From Candidatus Omnitrophota bacterium (GTDB taxonomy: Bacteria; Omnitrophota; Omnitrophia; Omnitrophales; Aquincolibacteriaceae): a stretch of DNA of 47,618 nt. Shown in pieces: positions 27,279 through 36,300 of this stretch. The position numbers and the translations under genes are program-made. Position 1 is the first letter of the stretch, and each line of letters begins with the position of its first letter. The notes beneath the pieces were generated by a model. The model saw only the letters and a program-made list of their open reading frames with translations, was not told the origin of the DNA and made no database searches. The stretch lies in the NCBI GenBank assembly GCA_043803685.1, contig JAZDJU010000043.1, positions 1 to 47,618 on the forward strand, in the 5' to 3' direction.

Positions 27279-27948
27279 GGGGCTTCGCCTCCCAGGTCTT
27301 ATCCTCCAGGGCCGCATCCAGAACCGTATCCTTGAACATGAGCAGAGTCCTGTCCCCGGATTTTTCATCCATCTGGATCTGTTCGATGTATCTTAGATCC
27401 TTCTGAAAGGTCACCGTGATCTTCGTCATGACTCGGGATACGATCGTGGACTCGCGAGGCACAAACTCTAGAGAAACCGGGTCTTGGGAAAGGATCCGGA
27501 TCTGATATTCCGCCAACATCTGCAGGTAGGGTCCATAAAACCATTTCTGGATCTGTTCCACAATGATATCCACCGCGTTACTTCCAAACACTGACAACTC
27601 CCGGACTTTGTCCGTATCCTCATCCCATTGAAAAATCTTCTTTCCCCGCATCACGATCGCGTAATGCATCGGGGCCTCCACGCGCCAGGCAAAGCGCATC
27701 GGAGTCTTTTGTATCGCAACGGTCCCTTTCAGCATGATTTTATTCTGAAAGATCTTCAGTTCTTTTTCCTGGACGAATTGAGCCGTCAGCGTACGTATCG
27801 CCCCCATCTTTTGGTCCAGCTCCGTCAAGATCGACCGCACGGATACTTGAGGGTCCTTTGCTTCATCAGCCCAAGACTGCGGCTGCGCACCTCCAGCGAA
27901 AAGCATGCCCAGCAAAAGAAATGTCCCCCATCGAATCGGGAACTTCAT
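27271..27948 (-). CDS. LolA-like periplasmic lipid/lipoprotein carrier
   Basis: Signal peptide; LTAQFVQEK...G...FAWRVEAP; EKSGDRTLLMF. Confidence 0.85.
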   Translation of the reverse strand: MKFPIRWGTFLLLGMLFAGGAQPQSWADEAKDPQVSVRSILTELDQKMGAIRTLTAQFVQEKELKIFQNKIMLKGTVAIQKTPMRFAWRVEAPMHYAIVMRGKKIFQWDEDTDKVRELSVFGSNAVDIIVEQIQKWFYGPYLQMLAEYQIRILSQDPVSLEFVPRESTIVSRVMTKITVTFQKDLRYIEQIQMDEKSGDRTLLMFKDTVLDAALEDKTWEAKPRE

Positions 27949-29450
27949 AAACGCTCCTCGGTTTTGGTCGCCTTGTCCTCAACGGAATGCCAAACCTTGA
28001 TCTCCCCCCGCGCAACGATCTTTCCGCCGCAGGACACAGAACCTTCCACAATGCCAAACTCACCATACTGCGCGCTCTTGAAAACAGAGACTTCCAAAAC
28101 GTCGCCCACCCGCACGCTTCCGAGAACCTCGATCTTTTTAGCGCCTATTAAAAAACCGGTTTGGCGCCGGCATTCCTCATCGGACAGCCTGAAACCATTC
28201 CCCGCGGCGATCGCCTGAGCGATCAACTCCAGATAAACAGATTCCTCAAGCGTGCCATCCTCCCTTACAAAAAGATTGTCGGCTGTAATAGTCACCTTCA
28301 CTTTCGCGGCCCTCTCGCCGATCCACACGAGCTCGTCCACCATCTTCATGGGTTTAGCCTGCGGGATCAAACGGTCTACCGCCACCGGCAGCCGGACGAT
28401 CTCATCCTGCTTCTCTTGATTTTTCCAACACAAAGGATCCGAAGCCAAATAATCCCCTGTCAGCTGATAAGCGGCACCCCGGCACCCATAACAAAAATCC
28501 GCTTTTTCGCAGGAGCCGCAAGGCCCTTTGATCTTCTTGCCGTGATCTTTGAGATCTTCCAGAACCTCGCTATCTTGCAGGATCATCTTGAGTTTGTTTT
28601 CCCGGATGTCCCCCAAGGGGATATTGACTCCGACACAAGGCATCACTTTTCCGTAGGCGTTGATGAAACAGGAGTACAAATGCCGGAGGCATCGATGCCC
28701 CACAAGAGGCGGCTGGGGTTCCCACTTCACCCCATACTTTTCCCGGTCGATCTCGGAGATCTTGAAAAAAAGATCTCGGATCTCCTCCGAGCTCACGTTC
28801 AGCCATTCATTATCATTGGCTCTCCCCTGAGGCGTGATCATCTCGAAATAAGGCGTGATCTTCTGGTCACGAAGCCAGCGCCAGAACTCAGCCAACTCAT
28901 CAATGTTTTGACGGCAAATGATCGTCCCTACACCGAGGAACTGTTTCTCCGTCGGATAGCCCGCTTCTTTAGCATTTTTCAATGCTGCTTGCACAACCTG
29001 AAAAGCGCCCTTTTGTCCCGCAAGCAAATTCTGTTTTTTCTCATCGAGCGTGTTCATCTTGAGAACAAGGCTGACCCCTAGTTCCAGAAGCCTTCTCGCG
29101 TTCTCAGGCGTGACATTGGAGCCGTTAGAGAAAATATGGCTCTCCATCCCTTCTTTTTGAATGAATTCCAGGATCTCGAAAAGATGAGGATAGATCATGG
29201 GTTCCCCGCCCAAGATAATGATGCGTCGCGCGCCCAGCTCCTTGGCTTGCAAAACCGCGTCGAAGATCTCTATTTTTGTCAGTTCCTTGATCGCTATTTC
29301 ATCGCCTGGGGCATAACAGTAGGGACAGCGGAAGTTACACGCACGGCTGAATTCGATCTCCATCGAAAGCAAGCGACCGTTTTGGACAGCCTCCCGGATC
29401 TCCGTGTCAGAAAATTCGACTTTGAAAATACCCCCAAAACAACCCGACAT
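27945..29450 (-). CDS. Radical SAM/SPASM protein fused to a C-terminal FabA/ApeP-like hotdog domain
   Basis: CNFRCPYC, LGGEP; SPASM cysteines (CLRHLYSC, MPC, CGSC..FCYGCRG..DPLC); C-terminal LIPQAKPMKMVD...ELIAQAIAA...GFLIG. Confidence 0.9.
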   Translation of the reverse strand: MSGCFGGIFKVEFSDTEIREAVQNGRLLSMEIEFSRACNFRCPYCYAPGDEIAIKELTKIEIFDAVLQAKELGARRIIILGGEPMIYPHLFEILEFIQKEGMESHIFSNGSNVTPENARRLLELGVSLVLKMNTLDEKKQNLLAGQKGAFQVVQAALKNAKEAGYPTEKQFLGVGTIICRQNIDELAEFWRWLRDQKITPYFEMITPQGRANDNEWLNVSSEEIRDLFFKISEIDREKYGVKWEPQPPLVGHRCLRHLYSCFINAYGKVMPCVGVNIPLGDIRENKLKMILQDSEVLEDLKDHGKKIKGPCGSCEKADFCYGCRGAAYQLTGDYLASDPLCWKNQEKQDEIVRLPVAVDRLIPQAKPMKMVDELVWIGERAAKVKVTITADNLFVREDGTLEESVYLELIAQAIAAGNGFRLSDEECRRQTGFLIGAKKIEVLGSVRVGDVLEVSVFKSAQYGEFGIVEGSVSCGGKIVARGEIKVWHSVEDKATKTEERL

Positions 29451-30751
29451 TAACTCCTCCTGTCAAAAAACCGCACGGGCTTTCTCGAATGCGATAAAAA
29501 AACTTTTTCTCTTATCTCTTTCGGGTCTTCGATCACCACCCGGGGCCTGACCCTCAGCCGTGCTGCCATCTGCTCTTCCAGCCATGCCGCCGTGACGCTA
29601 GGCTCTTTAACCGCCACATGGACCGTCAACTGATCCGACAGGTCCGCTTCACGAAAAACCACCACGCAATAATCAAGCACCTGCTCGATCCCGTCTAACA
29701 CGGCATATACAGACTGCGGATAGAGAGACGTTCCTTTGACTTTCATGAGCTGATTTTTCCGTCCTAAGATCGGCCCCAGACGCGGAGAGAATCGGCCGCA
29801 CTTGCAAGGCTTGTCGATCAAAAAGCTGATGTCTCCCGTTTTGTAACGGATCAAAGGCATTCCTTCCACCGCCATAGGGGTCATCACCACTTCGCCCACA
29901 TCGCCTGCCGGCAAAACATGCCCCTCCTCGTCAACGATCTCCACAAGGGCCAATTCCGGAAGCAAATGCCCGCCTTCCTGAGCCGTACATTCACAAAAAG
30001 TTGTGACCGTCTCCGAGGAAGCATAAGTCGAAAAAACGCGAGCTCTCCATATCTCCTGCAACTCTTTTCCGGTTCCCGTTAATGCAAGGTTTTGATCGCG
30101 CACGGGTTCTCCGATGCAGATCAGCCTGGCGATGCCCGCTTTGTCAGGGGCGATCCCCGTCTCTTTCAGATGCAGTCCCAGTTTCTTTAAAAAGGTCGGA
30201 ACTCCGACAATCACCGTCGGCTTCATCTTCTTGATGATGGCGGCATGACTTTCGAGACTCCCATGTCCGTTCCGGATCGAGGCCGCGCCAAGACGTCGCA
30301 TCCCCAGAAAATAGGCCAATCCTGCCACAAAGCACCGGTCGAGCGTGCAGGTCAAAAGGGCGATATCCCCCGCTTTCACCCCGCAAGCGGCGAAAGATTG
30401 CGCTTCGTTGTACGCCAGACGCTTCAAATCATTTTCCGTATAGACTATCTTGAGAGGTTCCCCTGTCGTTCCAGAGGACAACACCATATCCGCGATCGCG
30501 GATGGAGAGACCGCACAGAAACTTTCCGGATCTTTTTCGATATCGATCTTTTCGGTAAAGGGGAGCTGCTGCAACTGGCTGAGCTCTATGAGGCTTACAT
30601 CTAAGGGGAATTTTCCCAACTTTGTCCGATAGGCCGGTGAATGCTTTTTGCAATAGATAAGATGCTCGCGAAGACGCGCTGTCTGAGCCGCCACGATCGC
30701 TTCTTTCCCTTGAAAGGACACGCCCTGGTAGAGTTCCTGATCGATCAGCAC
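29450..30751 (-). CDS. Phenylacetate-CoA ligase (PaaK)-family aryl/acyl-activating enzyme
   Basis: LPFTEK, SSGTTGEP, TYASSE, PLIRYKTGD; start moved to GTG 30751 behind GGAGG. Confidence 0.9.
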   Translation of the reverse strand: MLIDQELYQGVSFQGKEAIVAAQTARLREHLIYCKKHSPAYRTKLGKFPLDVSLIELSQLQQLPFTEKIDIEKDPESFCAVSPSAIADMVLSSGTTGEPLKIVYTENDLKRLAYNEAQSFAACGVKAGDIALLTCTLDRCFVAGLAYFLGMRRLGAASIRNGHGSLESHAAIIKKMKPTVIVGVPTFLKKLGLHLKETGIAPDKAGIARLICIGEPVRDQNLALTGTGKELQEIWRARVFSTYASSETVTTFCECTAQEGGHLLPELALVEIVDEEGHVLPAGDVGEVVMTPMAVEGMPLIRYKTGDISFLIDKPCKCGRFSPRLGPILGRKNQLMKVKGTSLYPQSVYAVLDGIEQVLDYCVVVFREADLSDQLTVHVAVKEPSVTAAWLEEQMAARLRVRPRVVIEDPKEIREKVFLSHSRKPVRFFDRRS

Positions 30752-31497
30752 GCCGCCTCCATCACTTCGATTTCCTTCTGGATCATATCCCGGACCTTGT
30801 TTTTCAAATGAAAAGGCGTCAAGGATCCATAGTCTTCCCACTTGAGCGCTGGCAACTTATGGATCTTCACCGTTCCAGGATTCAGGAGGCACGATCCGCG
30901 AGGCGGAATATTTTCATTCCCGGTAATACAAACCGGAACAATAGGACACCGCGCCGCCAATGCCACCCGGAAAATCGCCCCATGGAACGGCTTCAGAGTC
31001 CGGTTCCCCGATCGCGATCCTTCCGGAAATGCCACGATCGAAACTCCCTGCCCCAGAAGTTCGCAGGCTTTCCTTGAAAAATCCTCGAAAGACAGGGTGT
31101 TAATACTCAAATACCCGGCCAATCGCGCCATGATGCCAATGATCGGGATCCGGAACGGCCAGATATTAACCACCTGAACACCTTCCACCTTTAAATGCGC
31201 CACCAAAAATCCATCGGAAAAAGACCGGTGATTGCTAACATAAACACACGGGCCCATTTTCTTCCCCTCTTCATCGTCCCGGTATTCGATACGAACAAAG
31301 GGGAACGTAAAACAGCGCACCACCCCATACCCATACCCCAACATGATGGATCTGAGCCATTTTTGAGTCATCCGCTTTCCCGCCAGCAACCGGACTAAAA
31401 CAACGGGCACCGTCAGGACCAGCAAACATGCCAAGGTGAAAACAAGAAGAAGGGCATAGAACGTGATATTGAGTACGATCTTCTTCAGCAAAAACAC
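30745..31497 (-). CDS. PlsC-like lysophospholipid acyltransferase
   Basis: SNHRSFSD, FPEGSRS, PIVPVCI. Confidence 0.9.
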   Translation of the reverse strand: MFLLKKIVLNITFYALLLVFTLACLLVLTVPVVLVRLLAGKRMTQKWLRSIMLGYGYGVVRCFTFPFVRIEYRDDEEGKKMGPCVYVSNHRSFSDGFLVAHLKVEGVQVVNIWPFRIPIIGIMARLAGYLSINTLSFEDFSRKACELLGQGVSIVAFPEGSRSGNRTLKPFHGAIFRVALAARCPIVPVCITGNENIPPRGSCLLNPGTVKIHKLPALKWEDYGSLTPFHLKNKVRDMIQKEIEVMEAAC

Positions 31498-31498
31498 C

Positions 31499-31777
31499 TT
31501 ACCCCTGCTTCCCGACATCCGGCACAAGACCTTCCGCTTTCAGAGTCAGCACGAAATGGTGCACATCCCCCAGGGTCCGGATCTGGCGAACCCTTTCATC
31601 ATCCCGGATCCGGACTTTAAACTGCTTCTGCAACGCCACGATCAGATCCACAATGTCGAGGCTATCGAGACCCAGATCCTCAAAGATCTTCATGTCGGGC
31701 TTCAGCTTGGCCCGCTCAATTTCAAAAGAATCCGCGAAAACAGAATTGACCCGGTCTACCACATCCTGATCGTTCAT
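31499..31777 (-). CDS. Acyl carrier protein 1
   Basis: EDLGLDSLDIVDL. Confidence 0.93.
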   Translation of the reverse strand: MNDQDVVDRVNSVFADSFEIERAKLKPDMKIFEDLGLDSLDIVDLIVALQKQFKVRIRDDERVRQIRTLGDVHHFVLTLKAEGLVPDVGKQG

Positions 31778-31795
31778 TGACTCCCCCGATGATCT

Positions 31796-33019
31796 TTAGC
31801 CCCACTTCTTACAAATAAGTGACGCGTTAATTCCGCCAAATGCAAAACAGTTCTTAAGGACAACATCGATCTTTTTCTTCAGAGGTTCCATCACGTGTTG
31901 GATCCCCTCACACTCCTTCGCCACGGTTTTAAGATTCAACGTAGGATAGATGCGCTCCTTTTGCATCATCACAAGCGATGCGATCAATTCCAACGCCCCC
32001 GAGGCTCCAAGGGTGTGTCCCATATACCCTTTCAAGGAACTCACGGGGATACCGCTTCCAAAAACATCCTTGATCGCTTCCGCTTCCGCCTGGTCCCCTT
32101 GAACGGTCGCGGTCGCATGCGCGTTAATGTAATCCACTTCTTTGGCGGGGATCCCTGCATCCTGCAAAGTCCGCTCCATGCAGTTTAAAATGCCTTGTCG
32201 ATTTGATTCACTGACATGTTCCCCGCTCCCGCAAGTCGAATAACCGACCACCTCCGCGAAGATCTTTGCGCCCCGCTGCAGCGCGTGCTCACTTTCTTCA
32301 AGCACCAACACACCGGCTCCCTCCCCGCAGACAAGCCCGTCGCGTTTTTCATCAAATGGCCGCGGTGAAAGTTGCGGTTTATCGTTGTAATGGGTGGAAG
32401 TCGCAAAAAGGATATCGAAAGTTGCGGCCACGATCGGATGAAGCTCCTCCGCGCCGCCGCATAAAAGAACCTCCTGCCTGCCGGAACGGATCAATTCAAA
32501 TCCCGTCCCCAGCGCCTGGAGAGCGGAAGCGCACGCCGCCGAGGTCGCCAAAACATACCCCGTAATTCCAAAACGCTGCGCGACATTCATCGCGGCCGTA
32601 TGCGACATGCACTGAAAAAATCTCATGGAAGAAAGTTGGGCCAGATCCTTATCCGGCAGCAATAGCTCAAAAGTGTCATTCATCGCCTCGACGCCGCCCA
32701 TCGTGGAACCAAGAATGCATCCCGTACGGCCTGAGGTCACATCCGCCGGGCTCAGTCCCGCTTCTTGAATTGCCTGTTCTGCGGCCTGCACCGCGAAAAT
32801 ACTCAGTCGTCCCATGGAACGCCTGTTTTTGCGCGGGATCGCCATTTCATTTTTGAGTTCCGCGGGAGCCCCGATCAGACAATGGAGCCCTTTGTACCGG
32901 TCCCATCCTTCCATGAATCGCACCGCGGTCTTCCCGAGTTCCATCCCGTTGACCATTGCGGCCACGTTTTCGCCCAGAGGAGAAACCGCCCCCATCCCCG
33001 TGATCACAACACGTTTCAT
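31796..33019 (-). CDS. Beta-ketoacyl-ACP synthase (KS1, FabB/F-like)
   Basis: RVVITGMG, SAACAS, NAHATAT, GHTLGASG, FAFGGIN. Confidence 0.95.
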   Translation of the reverse strand: MKRVVITGMGAVSPLGENVAAMVNGMELGKTAVRFMEGWDRYKGLHCLIGAPAELKNEMAIPRKNRRSMGRLSIFAVQAAEQAIQEAGLSPADVTSGRTGCILGSTMGGVEAMNDTFELLLPDKDLAQLSSMRFFQCMSHTAAMNVAQRFGITGYVLATSAACASALQALGTGFELIRSGRQEVLLCGGAEELHPIVAATFDILFATSTHYNDKPQLSPRPFDEKRDGLVCGEGAGVLVLEESEHALQRGAKIFAEVVGYSTCGSGEHVSESNRQGILNCMERTLQDAGIPAKEVDYINAHATATVQGDQAEAEAIKDVFGSGIPVSSLKGYMGHTLGASGALELIASLVMMQKERIYPTLNLKTVAKECEGIQHVMEPLKKKIDVVLKNCFAFGGINASLICKKWG

Positions 33020-34512
33020 ACGCGACTCCTCGTATCCATAAATTGTTCGTACACTTCTTTCCCGAGGATCGAGCGAGCAACGATAAAAGCGGACATCATG
33101 GCTCCCAACAACCCCGGAAGCAGCGCGCTCTGCCCTGCCACATAAATATTCCGGTAGGGTAATTTCCCGAAAAGATTGTATTGTCCCATTTTCTGTTTCA
33201 CGCCATAGGCCGTTCCATCATAGGAGTGAAGATAATCCCGGAATGTCAGCATGGAGGCCGTATCAAGGATCTTTAAACGATCACGATACTGGGGATAAAA
33301 ATCCAGGATCCGCCGAACGATATCTTCCTCGCGTTCCTGTTTATAGGCGCGGTAGGAATCCGGCCGCTGCCCGACCGAGGAAGATTTCCACTCTTCCATC
33401 TGCTCGACAGAGGCAAGTTCCATGGCCGTCAATAATTTGCAGGATTTCCCTTTGAACATCTCTTCGCTCGTAAGAACCACCAATGCCGTCGGCCCACCGT
33501 TGGCAGGATCCATCATTCGATCCACATCGGGAACTGGAAATAGCGAGGTAATGCCCGGCTGAAAGGCTTCGGCCGAATCCTCGATCACCCCATACACCGA
33601 AAAAAAGCCGGACGAAGGCTCAAAACTATCCACGCGATCCAGAAACGCTTTACTCAGATGAGACTTCGGCAAAAGGCTCACCACCTCTTTGGGATGGATG
33701 GTAAAAGTACATTGATCGAAACTCACTTCCTCTCCCGTATTCAAGATGAACCGGCCCACCTGGTTTTCACTCACATCTTCGCAACTTGAAATATAACTAT
33801 TGAGCCGGAGATCAATATCCGAATACGCTTTCTGGTTTTGAAACGCCTTGATCACCGCATCGCCGCCATCCTTGATCCGCGAAACCCCTTCATAGAGGCC
33901 GTAAGCGACGCGACAATGGTTGGCAAAGGACACTTCCGACGGACGAACCCCATAGCACATCGCGTAGGTGGAAAGAATGCCCTTCAAATGCGGATGTTTG
34001 AACAAAGAATCCAATACCTGGCTCAGGCTTACAAAATCCTCGTCGGTAAAACCGGGCGCCTGCAGGTTTTTCCGGAAATCCAGCGAACGGTTCTGTTCAT
34101 AAACTTTTCTCGCCCTGTCAAAATACTGGTCGATCGCGTTATTTTCATCAGGGAAATACGACTTCAACTTATCCGTAAAATTCTTCACGCCCGGCGGCAG
34201 ATCATACGCCGCGTGGTCCCCCTCAAAAACATACCGGTTCGATCTTTCGTCCGCCAGATAAACAGGTTCGATCTCATCCCGGATCCCAAGCGCTTTGAAC
34301 ATTTCGGACAAAAGCCCGTCGCCGCAAAGCCCGCCTGTAAAATGGAACCCTGTATCAAAAGCCACGCCGTTCTTTTGAAAACGCGCGAGCCCCCCTCCCA
34401 CATGAGGCGCTTTTTCCACAAGAAGAACGGATCGTCCGTTCAAGGCGAGCAGGTACGCGAGCGTCAAACCGCTCGCTCCGGCACCCACCACGATATCGTT
34501 ATAGTGTTTCAC
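33016..34512 (-). CDS. Phytoene desaturase / retinol saturase-family FAD oxidoreductase
   Basis: VVGAGASG, FDTGFHFTG, GTAYG, AGQSALLPG. Confidence 0.88.
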   Translation of the reverse strand: MKHYNDIVVGAGASGLTLAYLLALNGRSVLLVEKAPHVGGGLARFQKNGVAFDTGFHFTGGLCGDGLLSEMFKALGIRDEIEPVYLADERSNRYVFEGDHAAYDLPPGVKNFTDKLKSYFPDENNAIDQYFDRARKVYEQNRSLDFRKNLQAPGFTDEDFVSLSQVLDSLFKHPHLKGILSTYAMCYGVRPSEVSFANHCRVAYGLYEGVSRIKDGGDAVIKAFQNQKAYSDIDLRLNSYISSCEDVSENQVGRFILNTGEEVSFDQCTFTIHPKEVVSLLPKSHLSKAFLDRVDSFEPSSGFFSVYGVIEDSAEAFQPGITSLFPVPDVDRMMDPANGGPTALVVLTSEEMFKGKSCKLLTAMELASVEQMEEWKSSSVGQRPDSYRAYKQEREEDIVRRILDFYPQYRDRLKILDTASMLTFRDYLHSYDGTAYGVKQKMGQYNLFGKLPYRNIYVAGQSALLPGLLGAMMSAFIVARSILGKEVYEQFMDTRSRV

Positions 34513-34526
34513 AGACCCATCACCCT

Positions 34527-35255
34527 TTATATGGCCAGACCGCCGTTAATTCCAATGACTTGTCCGTGGATATACATGTTCTTTTCGGTGCACAGGAAAT
34601 CGATCACAGAAGCGACATCCTCCGGAGTCCCGAACCGATGCAAAGGGATCAGAGGCATGATCTGATCTTTCGGCAGATCCTGGGTCATATCCGTTTCAAT
34701 GACGCCAGGCGCCACCACATTGACCAGGATATTCTTCTTTCCCACTTCCCGGGCCAACGCCTTCGCCGCTCCGATCAACCCCGCTTTTGCCGCGGAATAG
34801 TTGACTTGACCCGCCTGCCCGATCTCGCCAGAGGTCGAGGACACGATCACGATCCGTCCCTTTTTTTCGCGCAACATCGGAAACATAACCACACGCATCA
34901 CATTGTAAAAGCCGTTCAGATTTGTGGAGATCACGTCGTGCCATTCGCCGGGAGTCATAAATACCAAAACGTTATCCCGGGCGATCCCTGAGTTATAGAC
35001 GACCACATCGGGAGCCTGGGCTTCTGTTCGTTCTTTCAACGCCCGCTCTGTTTCCTCTTGGTTGGCGACATCGAACGCGAGGGCGTCACAAGCCCGCCCT
35101 ATTTTTTTCACCTCTTGGCAGACTTCCTTGGCCGCGTCATGATTGGAATGGTAGGTTAAACAAATATCGAACCCGGAGCGGGCAAGACGAAGCACGGTCG
35201 CTCTCCCAATCCCCCGGCTTCCCCCGATCACCAAAGCGGTTTTTTGTTTTTCCAT
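34527..35255 (-). CDS. fabG: 3-oxoacyl-ACP reductase (cluster-specific SDR)
   Basis: GGSRGIG, NSGIARD, NYSAAKAG, NVVAPGVIETDM. Confidence 0.93.
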   Translation of the reverse strand: MEKQKTALVIGGSRGIGRATVLRLARSGFDICLTYHSNHDAAKEVCQEVKKIGRACDALAFDVANQEETERALKERTEAQAPDVVVYNSGIARDNVLVFMTPGEWHDVISTNLNGFYNVMRVVMFPMLREKKGRIVIVSSTSGEIGQAGQVNYSAAKAGLIGAAKALAREVGKKNILVNVVAPGVIETDMTQDLPKDQIMPLIPLHRFGTPEDVASVIDFLCTEKNMYIHGQVIGINGGLAI

Positions 35256-35258
35256 TTT

Positions 35259-35498
35259 TTATCTCCTCACCATGGCTTCTTCCGTTTCAAACGATGATGT
35301 CACGACAGCAGACGAGTCGGACTCGATCGACCCTAGCACCTTCAAAAGGTCTTCTTTCTTGTAAAGACGATACCCATTGATCGGATTTCTGTGAGGCTTC
35401 AACTTATCCTGCTTGTCCCAATTCCGCAATGTCATGGGACTCACGCCCAATAGGATCGAAGCCTCTTTGATCCTCAGATACCCTTTTAAATTAGTCAT
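35259..35498 (-). CDS. Small MerR/excisionase-type (BldC-like) HTH DNA-binding protein
   Basis: YLRIKEASILLGVSPMTLRNWD...HRNPINGYRLY; no effector domain. Confidence 0.88.
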   Translation of the reverse strand: MTNLKGYLRIKEASILLGVSPMTLRNWDKQDKLKPHRNPINGYRLYKKEDLLKVLGSIESDSSAVVTSSFETEEAMVRR

Positions 35499-35509
35499 GG
35501 CAAATTCCC

Positions 35510-35573
35510 CCTTAGAAAGCCTATCAAACCTTATAAAGCCCTGCGATTATAAAAGAACCCGTTTTTCCTGCAA
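35510..35573 (-). promoter_or_regulatory. Promoter of the lipid cluster with downstream direct repeats (putative operator)
   Basis: TTGCAG-16 bp-TATAAT (35573-35546), then GGCTTTATAAGG / TTTGATAGG / GGCTTTCTAAGG at ~9-10 bp period (35540-35510). Confidence 0.6.
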
Positions 35574-35680
35574 GCGCTATTTCCCTGATTTTCCATCATG
35601 GGATCCATGGAATAGAGGTCACTCTAGCGACAATAAGAAATGCTCCCGGGAATCAAAAGAGAAGACATGCACCCTAAAAC

Positions 35681-35716
35681 AAAAAGGACTTACAGGGCTG
35701 AGTTCCCCATAAGTCC
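35681..35716 (-). terminator. Intrinsic terminator insulating the lipid cluster promoter
   Basis: Minus strand GGACTTATGGGG-aactcag-CCCTGTAAGTCC followed by TTTTTGTTTT. Confidence 0.8.
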
Positions 35717-35743
35717 AGGATGACTGCCAGACGCAACTGATCA

Positions 35744-35801
35744 TCTCCCTCGGGGTTGCCATCCTGGCTCAGCCGAATGGCTGAGCCAGGACCCAGGGAG
35801 A
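35744..35801. repeat. Strong hairpin in the 3' UTR (perfect 13-bp inner stem)
   Basis: TCCTGGCTCAGCC-gaat-GGCTGAGCCAGGA (35762-35791) within TCTCCCT/AGGGAGA. Confidence 0.7.
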
Positions 35802-35822
35802 AGTATCCCCCCATGCTCGGGG

Positions 35823-36164
35823 CTATTTTTTTTCTTCTTTTTTCGCTGTGCCCTTCTCAAGTTCCGTGAAACCATCTTTACCGAGGGCTACCACGGGATG
35901 CACCACAGCGCGCGTCCCTTCCACAACAGCTTTGCCAATACCAACTACGGCCGTTCCAGTACCGACAACCGTCTTGCCGATCGCTTTACCTGTAGCGATC
36001 GTTCCTTTCCCGACCCCTTCACCCGCATCCTTTAAAGTGGTTCCGACATCCTTGCCCGATTGTTCAACGGATTCTTTGATGTTTTCATCCGCCGCCATCG
36101 CCACACCGCCCGCAAAGCCAAAAACCATGGCTACCGCCAACATCAGACTCAAAAACTTAACCAT
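35823..36164 (-). CDS. Secreted small Gly/Val/Lys-rich hypothetical protein
   Basis: Signal peptide ending in AMA; periodic G-x-x-x-G amphipathic repeats; SD GGAGG. Confidence 0.8.
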   Translation of the reverse strand: MVKFLSLMLAVAMVFGFAGGVAMAADENIKESVEQSGKDVGTTLKDAGEGVGKGTIATGKAIGKTVVGTGTAVVGIGKAVVEGTRAVVHPVVALGKDGFTELEKGTAKKEEKK

Positions 36165-36300
36165 TTGTGTTTCCTCCCTGGGTTCTCACTACGTCTACTT
36201 TTGTTGGTTCTAAAGAAAGCTCCCTGCTAGACACTCCTACGATTATCGGCAATTCGCAAGAATCCCTCCTGCTAAATACACCGGTGGTGGGTACGATGGA

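Noticed and set aside
7851..35498. Calling the cluster a proven ladderane pathway or a mobile island
   Set aside because: Ladderane biosynthesis genes are unproven and similar clusters occur in non-producers; no integrase, tRNA or att repeats at the borders.
35259..35498. HTH protein as a prophage excisionase
   Set aside because: No integrase or phage genes; it is the first gene of the lipid operon.
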